A DNA stretch of 64,000 bases from a virus (taxonomy: Duplodnaviria > Caudoviricetes): positions 1 through 64,000 of IMG/VR virus record IMGVR_UViG_3300031853_000019; one strand, 5' to 3'. The translations under genes were made by a program, and so were the position numbers. Each line of letters begins with the position of its first letter. Positions within the stretch are counted from its first letter, which is position 1. Below are positions 56,233-64,000 of the stretch, piece by piece. Below the pieces are notes generated by a model that did no database searches, had not been told where the DNA came from, and saw only the letters and a program-made list of their open reading frames with translations.

Positions 56233-59200
56233 ATGGCTCAAGGTGGAAGAATAGATTATACCATTGGGTTTAATGTTGATAAATCTGGGTTACAGAATAT
56301 TCAAAAAGAGCTGGCAAAGATTAATCAAATGTCAGCTAAAGATATACAAAAAGTAAATCCTGCTTTAAATGTAAATGAAGCTAAAAGCGTATTAATGAAA
56401 GCTAAAATTGCAGCTAATGAAGTTCAAAAAGCGATGCAGGAAGCTTTTAATCCAACTATTGGTGTTACTAATATAGATAAATTACAATCTTCTTTAAAAA
56501 GGTTAAACTTAGCTGAAATTCAAAAAAGATTTTCGGCTATTGGACCTACTGGGCAAAAAGCTTTTTTAGATATATCTAAATCTGCTTTAACTACTAATGT
56601 TCAGTTAAAACAAACTAGTAAATTAATGGATAAAGTTGGAGAAACTCTTACCAACACTATTAAATGGCAGTTTTCTTCAAGTATTGTTAATAGATTTATA
56701 GGGACGGTTCAACAAGCAGTTGGATATGTTCAACATTTAGATAGTTCATTAAATGATATTCGTATTGTAACTGGTAAATCTGCTGATGAGATGGAAGTAT
56801 TTGCTCAAAGGGCAAATAAAGCAGCACAATCACTTGGTAAATCTACGACAGATTATACTGAAGCTTCTTTAATTTACTATCAACAGGGTCTAGCTGATGA
56901 CGAAGTTGCAGCAAGAGCCGAAACTACTTTAAAGGCAGCTAATGTAACTGGACAGTCTACAGCTGCAGTTTCTGAAGAGTTGACTGCTGTATGGAATGGT
57001 TATAAAGTAGCCACAGAAGATACTGAGGCAGCTGTTGATAAACTTGCAGCAGTTGCTGCAACAACTGCATCCGATCTTGAAGAATTATCAACTGGTATGT
57101 CTAAAGTTGCATCTGCAGCAAATAGCATGGGTGTTGATATGGATCAACTCAATGCTCAGATTGCTACTATTATATCTGTTACTCGTCAAGCACCTGAATC
57201 TGTTGGTACAGCATTAAAAACTATTTATGCTCGTATGTCAGACTTAAAACTTGGTGATTCAGATGAAGATGGATTAAAATTGGGTGATGTATCCAGCTCT
57301 CTTGAAAAAGTTGGAATTAATATTCTTGATGCAAATGGTAATTTGCGGGAAATGGGAGATGTTATTGAAGAGGTAGCTGGAAAATGGGATACCTGGAATA
57401 AGGCAGAACAGGCAGCAATTGCGCAATCCTTAGCTGGTAAAAGACAATATAATAATCTTGTTGCATTATTTGATAACTGGGATATGTATTCCAAAGCATT
57501 GGATACATCCCGTAATTCTCTTGGTACTTTACAAAGTCAACAAGACATTTATATGGAGTCTACTGAGGCTCATATTCAGATGTTAAAAACTGAATTGGAA
57601 GATTTATATGACTCTATTATAGATGAGGATGCAATTAAAGGTGTTTCTGATGGTTTAAGAAATATATTAAATATTATAACCAATATTGTTGATGCTATTG
57701 GAGGCGGAAAAACTTTAATTACTGGAATTATTGCTTTTGTTGGTAGTAAACTAGGAAAGCAATTAGCTAATACTTTAGCTCCTTTTATTAATAATATACA
57801 AAATGCGAAGACAAACGCAGAAGCATTAGCTCAAGTATATAAAAATTTACAAACTTATGCAACAGCAAATAGTTTTGGAGATAAAGCTACTGAAGCTATG
57901 CGCGAAGTACAAGAAGAAACTTCTCAGTATTGGCATCTAATGTCTGAAGAAGAAATTAATGCTAGTATGGAAGCGACTCGCGAACTTGGTACATGGGTTC
58001 AAAAGCAAGAAGAAGTAAAGAAAACAACTGAAGCTTTAGAGAATTATATAGCAGTTGCGGGAACTGCAACTCAAAAAAATGCTCTTAAGCAAGGTGGTCA
58101 AATTTTTAATCAAGGTGGAGGAGAAGCATCCTCTCTTAGTGTTGGAGAAGTAAGTAAAACTGTATTAGAAGAAAAAAATAAAATTGATACTTTAAAGAAA
58201 GCATATACAGATCTTGAAAAAGAAATCGAAAAGGTTAATAATAGCAAAGGATTTATAGGGAATAATGAAGAAGAGTTAAAAGAAGTAAGTAAAAATGTTG
58301 ATAATTTAAAGAAAAAGCTTACTAGTTTATCAACCGCTCTTAATACTGTTAAACAAAATAATGAAGGTCTACTTCCCCCAGGTACATTTGAAGACCTTGA
58401 AAGAGGTATTGAACAGTTACAGTCTAGACTTGAATCTTTACGTTCTGGAAATAGACTAATGATACTTTCTGATAATGACCGTGAAGAGATGAAAAGAATT
58501 GAAGAAGTATTAAATGAATTAATTGCAAAATATCAAGAATATACTAAGGTAGTAAAAGAAGCGGCGGAAGCAGAGGATCATGTTAATAGTCTTAGAGGCA
58601 AGTTTCAAAATAACAATGAAGAACTTGCTCTTCAAGATAAAATTAATGGATATAGTCAATTAGTTGGAGCAATATCAAGTTATGCATTTGCTTTACAAAG
58701 TTTAACTAATATAGGCTCTATTTTTAATAATGATGATTTAACTGATGGAGAAAAAATTTTGCAAATAGTGTCAGCTTTAGCTATTGCTATACCAATGCTT
58801 GGAGGGGCGTATAAAAATCTTACTTTAGGTTTAAATGCTCTTCTTAAAGCTAAACAGGCAAATGCAGCTGCATCTGCTGCAAATGCGGTTGCAGATAACG
58901 CAGCAAAGAAAGCGTCTAATGGGTGGATTCAAGCAATATTGGGACAGACTTCTGCAGCAAAAGGTTTATCTACCGCTTTAAAAGCAGTTTCTATAACTAT
59001 GATTGCTGTTACCGCTGCGATAACCGCAATCTCTTTTATCTCTAGTCAATATAAAAAACATCTTGAAGAAGTTGCCGAAAAAACTGAGCAAACAGCTCAA
59101 GCTCAACAAGAAATTGTTGACAAGGCAAAAGAAGAATCAGAGTCAATAAATAATCTTCGTAAAAATTATGAAGAATTAAATAGATTGCGTGATGAGAATG

Positions 59201-62200
59201 GAACTTTTACAGATGAACAGAAGCAAAAGATTAATGATCTTTTAAAATCATATGACGATGAACATTTAAAAGTTTTAGCTTTAGTTGAGGATTATGATGA
59301 ACTCCAAAGGGCTATTAGAGAAGCGAATGCTGAAAAATTAAAAACTTTAGGAGAAGGACAAGAAGAATTACTAGAAGATGAGTTTTTAGTTTTACAAGCT
59401 AAGATAGATGAAAATAAAGGTGGAATTGGTGACATAATTAAAGCAGACATGGCAGGTTCTGCATATAACCTAGCATTAAAGTATAACAAAGATTTAGAAG
59501 TTAATACAAAATTAGGACAAAATTATTTTAAAGATTTACAATCTCAATTAAATCCTGAAGATTTTAAAGCGTTAATTCAAGATTTAAAACAAACATATCC
59601 TGAGTATGTAGAGATTTTAAACGATATTTACACTGCTGCAGAAGGTGCTCAAAAAACTTCTAAAGATTTTGCTATACAAGAATTTTTATCTGATAAAGAT
59701 ATAAAAAACGTACAAGAGTATGATAATGCAGTAGAAGATGTTGCCAAAATAAAAGTTGATGGGCAGGAAATTGGTAAAGAGTATGCTAGATCTTTCTTAG
59801 CGGGAGAATATGAAGAATTTTCTGTCGGCTCCAAGCAAAAAGAAGAGATTGCTGATATACTTGGAGAAGATTTATTTAACCAAATTCAAAATAAATATGA
59901 TTCATATACAGAAGACCAAAAGAATTTCTTATATAGTAATGCACAGTTAGCAGCAGATATAGGAAATGTCGATAAATTTTGGGATTTATATTCTGCAAGG
60001 AAAGAAAATCAAGAGAGTATTTCTTTAGTTGAAGGCTATTTAGATAAAACAGAGTTAAAAGATGATGATATTAATGCTCTTTTCAGTAATGCAAGCTTCG
60101 CAGATAGTTTTGGTTATACTCAAGAAGAATTTACAGATATGTCTCATAGAGAGCGAATGAATGCACTTGATGAATATTATACCGAAAGTTTTAAGAAAGA
60201 ACAAGCATATCAACAATTAGTGCAAGATGGCATCAATAAAACTGGAGAAGAAGTTCAACAAAAGCTTAATGAAGAGAGACAAGCCTTTGATAAAAACATT
60301 GAGGACTTTCAAGCATATCTAAGTGAAGAATTTGGAGAGAAATTTGCAACAAAAATTTATAATGATCTTTTTAATAATGAAGAAGTTTTTAATGCTTTTA
60401 ATAAAAAGGTTAATCATGAAAAATTAACAGACGAAGAAAAACAAGTTTTAAAAGATGCTGATTTAGATAGCATTTTAAATCCAATTCGGTATAAAAAAGC
60501 TCAAAAGGCACTCGAAAAATATAAAGAGACTACTGGTCAAACCGGAAAAACTATTAAATCTGTTACAAAAATTACAGATAATTTTGCAGCGAGCCAAGAA
60601 GAATTAGAAGGAATTTTAAAGAATAATACATCTGCAGCATTTAAAATGAATGCAATGATGAAAAATCAAAAGAATAAGATTAAAGAATTAAATGCTGAAA
60701 TAGATGATATTCAATCTAATTATCAATCTTTACAGTCTATTGTTGAGGACTATAATGAAGATGGTTATATTTCTTTAGATAATGTTCAAAAATTAATGGA
60801 GATGGACACCAAATATGTAGCCACTCTTAAATTTGAAGGAGACCAATTATCTATTAATGATGAGGCTTATCAAAATTTAACTCAAGCAGAAGCTCAAAAT
60901 CTTAGAATTGAAGCAACTGAACTATTTTTAAAAGAACTTCTTGCGATTCAAAATGGAGAGACTGCTGCTAGTGCGACGGTATTAACTGCTTCTACTTACG
61001 AAACGGCAGAAGCTATGGGAGTGTTAGAGTCTGCAGCAGATAGAACGACTAGTTCTTTAGTTAGATTACAACAAGTTCAAGCGGCAATGAAAGTTGATCC
61101 AACAGCAACTAAAAATGCTATGCAAGGCTATTTAAATAGACTTGCTATGATAGATAATTTTGCTAATCAACCAGTGGCTAGGGCAATTGGCAGTGGAGGC
61201 TCAGGTTCTGGAGGCGGTGGAGGTTCCGAGAAGGATCCTGAGCATGAAGAGTACCTCGAGCGCGAAGCAGATATTTACCGCACGATTAATGAAGAACTTG
61301 AGCAAATTGAATCTACATTAGAGCGTATCCAAAACATTAATGACCATGAATGGGGCATTGATGCTCAAAAGACTTTAGAGCAAGAAAACAAGTTGTTAGA
61401 TCAGCAGTTAGAGAAGTTGCAGGAGAAAAAGAAACTGCAAGAGCGTGATCTCTCTACCCGCAGAAAACAACTTGAAGATGTAGGTGTTAACTTCTCAGCA
61501 GATGGCTCCGCAATGACTAATGCGGAAAGCACCTTGGATGCAATGTATGCGCATTATAACTCTATGGTAGATATGTATAATGCTATGTCCGCCGCAGAAC
61601 AAGAAACCTACAAAGCTAATTTAGAGGCTGAAAAAGATAGAATTGATAAAGTTGAACAGAAAATTGATGATTATGAATCAACCTTCTCAGATTATCAATC
61701 TACTCTTGATTCTTTAATAGATGTTCATTATCAGCAAATTGAAAATACTGTTAAACAGTTCAATAATATGGTGGACGTACATCTTGAACTTGATGAAGCT
61801 AAAGAGGAATGGAATGACTTCTGGTTTGATGTAGTTCAAGATATTGAAGATACAGACTTTACAAAGCAAATTGAAAAGAGTGTTAAAAAGCTAGAAGTTT
61901 TAATTGGTACTACTTTAAGTAATACTGATAGCGAAGTAAGTATTTTAACAAATCATTTGCTTGAAACTGTATCTGAAGTACAAGATCAAATTGCATCCGC
62001 AAATCGTGGCGGAGAAGCAAGTATCTTCGGTGATGATAGTGCTTTATCTAAGGAGACTCTTGAGAATTACAGAGATCAATTAATGGAAGCGCTTACTTCC
62101 GCAAAAGAGGAGTTAGATAATATATCTGATAGTTATTTAGATATGTTAGATAGCGCGCAAGATAAGATAGATAAACAGGTCAAAGCTTGGGAGTCTATTG

Positions 62201-64000
62201 GAGAGCACCTTGAACATAATGTGTCACTGATTAAGTTGATTAGTGGAGATAAGAGTTATGAAGCTCTTGATAAAATATACCAGCAACAGTATCAAAATAA
62301 TTTACAATTATTAACTACTCAGCGTACTAGTATGGAATACTGGCAGAATATGATTGATAAATATGCTAACTTACTTCAGACCACTGAGGAAGGTAGTAAA
62401 GAATGGAAAACATATTCTGAAGCATATGAAAAAGCTAGTATGAATTACAAAGAAGCAGTTAGTAACTTAGATAAGACTATTGAAGACGCTCTTAATAAAC
62501 TTGAAGAGTGGAAGAAGAATCAGTTAGATGCTATCAATGAGACTTTTGATAGAACTTTATCTAGTAATTTAGGTTTAGACCAGCTTGAAAAAGAATGGAA
62601 TGTAATTAATGATAGCGCAAGTAGATATTTTGATAATGTTGAACGAGCACTTGAGATGGAAGGTCTTGCGGATGCTTTTGACAAGGTTATTGAAAATACT
62701 AAAGAAGCATCTAGAGCACAGCAAGAACTTAACCAGATGCGGGATGAAGAAATCGCTAGATTAAATCAAAAGACTAAGTTAAGTCAGTTTGATATAGATG
62801 AAGTTAAAGCGAGACTTGAAATTAGAAAACAAGAACTTGCTTTAGAAGATGCTCAAAAGAACAAGACTAATTTAAGATTAAGAAGAGATAGTCAAGGTAA
62901 CTATAATTATCAGTACACTGGTGATGATAGTCAGATTGAAGAAGCATCAGAAGGATTACTTTCTGCAAAGAAAGAATGGTATGAATTAGTTAAGAATAGA
63001 AATATTGATTTAGCTAAGGCAGTACTTGAGAACAGAAAGAATCTACAATCTGAGCTTGCTGCTCTTGATGATATGTACTTCGAGAATGATGATGCACGAA
63101 GAGCTAAGCAGATTGAGATTATTAATAAGTATGCAGAGCGTGAAAAGGACATCATGGGGGATGCGGAAAGCGCGAAGCAAATATTCTTTGATGGAACTGC
63201 AAAATTCTTTGCAGATGTTGAAAATAATACAGTATTACCACAGTGGAATACTACCATTGAAGGAATGATTGATGCTTGGTCTGGTGGCGGTGAAGATAGT
63301 TTCACCAATGCAGTTAAACGCGGTATTGAAGAAATTGAGAAGGTTCAAGATGAATTTAATATTAGAACCGAAGAAATTCTTACCAAAGCTGGTGTTAATT
63401 ATATTAAGTTAAAGGAAACTGGTATTGATCCTACTATTGATTCTTTAAATGAGTTAACTGAATCTAACGAAGAGTTAGAAAGTGCTCTTGAAGAAGTCAA
63501 TGACCAGTTAATTGAGCAAGAAAGTTATTTAAGAGACTGTGAAGAAGCTTATAATAACTTGAAAGATGCTGCAGTCAATGCGATTGCACAAGCTAATAGT
63601 GCTTTAAATACATTAGCACAAACTGCTATTAATACTAGTCAGCAAGTGCAAGCTGCTATAAGTGCAGCACAGTCTGCAGCCGCTATTATGAGTGAAATAG
63701 CTGCTACTGCAAGTGCACTTGGTGGTGGAGGACTGGGAGGATCCAGTCCTGGTTCTGGTAGAACATTCTCTGAAATATTAAGAGGTGGAGCAAATCAAGC
63801 TGGTAGATATGGAGGTTCCTCAGGATATGAAAGACCTGGAATTAGTCCTTCAAGTACAACTGGATTAGATAGTCTTAGAAATGCAGGTAAAAATAATGCT
63901 AAAAATCAAAACCTTATAATACAGTCTTTAAAAAATAGTATCCGAAGTATTGCAAGGAATTTTGCACCAACAATGTCAGAACAAACTATAGAACAATATG
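56233..64000 (+). CDS. tail tape measure protein (TP901-type core), more than 2580 aa, runs off window end
   Basis: GGAGG RBS, MAQGGRIDYTIGFNVD...; LDSSLNDIRIVTGKSADEM...KAANV...LKLG core; absent from ORF track, consistent with no stop in window. Confidence 0.9.
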   Translation, partial: MAQGGRIDYTIGFNVDKSGLQNIQKELAKINQMSAKDIQKVNPALNVNEAKSVLMKAKIAANEVQKAMQEAFNPTIGVTNIDKLQSSLKRLNLAEIQKRFSAIGPTGQKAFLDISKSALTTNVQLKQTSKLMDKVGETLTNTIKWQFSSSIVNRFIGTVQQAVGYVQHLDSSLNDIRIVTGKSADEMEVFAQRANKAAQSLGKSTTDYTEASLIYYQQGLADDEVAARAETTLKAANVTGQSTAAVSEELTAVWNGYKVATEDTEAAVDKLAAVAATTASDLEELSTGMSKVASAANSMGVDMDQLNAQIATIISVTRQAPESVGTALKTIYARMSDLKLGDSDEDGLKLGDVSSSLEKVGINILDANGNLREMGDVIEEVAGKWDTWNKAEQAAIAQSLAGKRQYNNLVALFDNWDMYSKALDTSRNSLGTLQSQQDIYMESTEAHIQMLKTELEDLYDSIIDEDAIKGVSDGLRNILNIITNIVDAIGGGKTLITGIIAFVGSKLGKQLANTLAPFINNIQNAKTNAEALAQVYKNLQTYATANSFGDKATEAMREVQEETSQYWHLMSEEEINASMEATRELGTWVQKQEEVKKTTEALENYIAVAGTATQKNALKQGGQIFNQGGGEASSLSVGEVSKTVLEEKNKIDTLKKAYTDLEKEIEKVNNSKGFIGNNEEELKEVSKNVDNLKKKLTSLSTALNTVKQNNEGLLPPGTFEDLERGIEQLQSRLESLRSGNRLMILSDNDREEMKRIEEVLNELIAKYQEYTKVVKEAAEAEDHVNSLRGKFQNNNEELALQDKINGYSQLVGAISSYAFALQSLTNIGSIFNNDDLTDGEKILQIVSALAIAIPMLGGAYKNLTLGLNALLKAKQANAAASAANAVADNAAKKASNGWIQAILGQTSAAKGLSTALKAVSITMIAVTAAITAISFISSQYKKHLEEVAEKTEQTAQAQQEIVDKAKEESESINNLRKNYEELNRLRDENGTFTDEQKQKINDLLKSYDDEHLKVLALVEDYDELQRAIREANAEKLKTLGEGQEELLEDEFLVLQAKIDENKGGIGDIIKADMAGSAYNLALKYNKDLEVNTKLGQNYFKDLQSQLNPEDFKALIQDLKQTYPEYVEILNDIYTAAEGAQKTSKDFAIQEFLSDKDIKNVQEYDNAVEDVAKIKVDGQEIGKEYARSFLAGEYEEFSVGSKQKEEIADILGEDLFNQIQNKYDSYTEDQKNFLYSNAQLAADIGNVDKFWDLYSARKENQESISLVEGYLDKTELKDDDINALFSNASFADSFGYTQEEFTDMSHRERMNALDEYYTESFKKEQAYQQLVQDGINKTGEEVQQKLNEERQAFDKNIEDFQAYLSEEFGEKFATKIYNDLFNNEEVFNAFNKKVNHEKLTDEEKQVLKDADLDSILNPIRYKKAQKALEKYKETTGQTGKTIKSVTKITDNFAASQEELEGILKNNTSAAFKMNAMMKNQKNKIKELNAEIDDIQSNYQSLQSIVEDYNEDGYISLDNVQKLMEMDTKYVATLKFEGDQLSINDEAYQNLTQAEAQNLRIEATELFLKELLAIQNGETAASATVLTASTYETAEAMGVLESAADRTTSSLVRLQQVQAAMKVDPTATKNAMQGYLNRLAMIDNFANQPVARAIGSGGSGSGGGGGSEKDPEHEEYLEREADIYRTINEELEQIESTLERIQNINDHEWGIDAQKTLEQENKLLDQQLEKLQEKKKLQERDLSTRRKQLEDVGVNFSADGSAMTNAESTLDAMYAHYNSMVDMYNAMSAAEQETYKANLEAEKDRIDKVEQKIDDYESTFSDYQSTLDSLIDVHYQQIENTVKQFNNMVDVHLELDEAKEEWNDFWFDVVQDIEDTDFTKQIEKSVKKLEVLIGTTLSNTDSEVSILTNHLLETVSEVQDQIASANRGGEASIFGDDSALSKETLENYRDQLMEALTSAKEELDNISDSYLDMLDSAQDKIDKQVKAWESIGEHLEHNVSLIKLISGDKSYEALDKIYQQQYQNNLQLLTTQRTSMEYWQNMIDKYANLLQTTEEGSKEWKTYSEAYEKASMNYKEAVSNLDKTIEDALNKLEEWKKNQLDAINETFDRTLSSNLGLDQLEKEWNVINDSASRYFDNVERALEMEGLADAFDKVIENTKEASRAQQELNQMRDEEIARLNQKTKLSQFDIDEVKARLEIRKQELALEDAQKNKTNLRLRRDSQGNYNYQYTGDDSQIEEASEGLLSAKKEWYELVKNRNIDLAKAVLENRKNLQSELAALDDMYFENDDARRAKQIEIINKYAEREKDIMGDAESAKQIFFDGTAKFFADVENNTVLPQWNTTIEGMIDAWSGGGEDSFTNAVKRGIEEIEKVQDEFNIRTEEILTKAGVNYIKLKETGIDPTIDSLNELTESNEELESALEEVNDQLIEQESYLRDCEEAYNNLKDAAVNAIAQANSALNTLAQTAINTSQQVQAAISAAQSAAAIMSEIAATASALGGGGLGGSSPGSGRTFSEILRGGANQAGRYGGSSGYERPGISPSSTTGLDSLRNAGKNNAKNQNLIIQSLKNSIRSIARNFAPTMSEQTIEQY

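Noticed and set aside
1-64000. Stop-codon reassignment as in some gut megaphages
   Set aside because: Long genes are intact in code 11 and no tRNA with a CTA, TTA or TCA anticodon in a canonical arm was found

Overview
The window is a 64-kb piece of a large, AT-rich tailed phage (siphovirus-like, standard genetic code) that probably infects a Lachnospiraceae/Clostridia gut host; the host is inferred from the flagellin type. Four parts. (1) 1-11.5 kb, minus strand: GH25 endolysin (partial), a metallophosphoesterase, a Ro60-like DUF2828/TROVE-vWA protein, and a cluster of 21 tRNAs. The cluster is interleaved with a complete flagellin gene and several unexplained structured RNAs. These include a YrlA-like permuted tRNA mimic and three sister RNAs sharing a 7-bp stem + CAGCAA motif. 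tRNA-Cys is split by a 755-nt insert that is almost entirely a PD-(D/E)XK endonuclease ORF with no group I intron core. (2) 11.5-22.4 kb, minus strand: accessory small ORFs. (3) About 24-39 kb: an early/host-takeover-like region of small minus-strand cassettes with their own sigma70/SigA promoters, separated by 12 plus-strand promoter-hairpin-terminator units, a repeated palindromic operator and three DnaA-box clusters. (4) 39.9-64 kb, plus strand: morphogenesis module (terminase, portal, protease/scaffold, major capsid, neck, tail tube, tape measure running off the window). Coordinates were counted by eye and may be off by a few bases. No database search or folding program was run.
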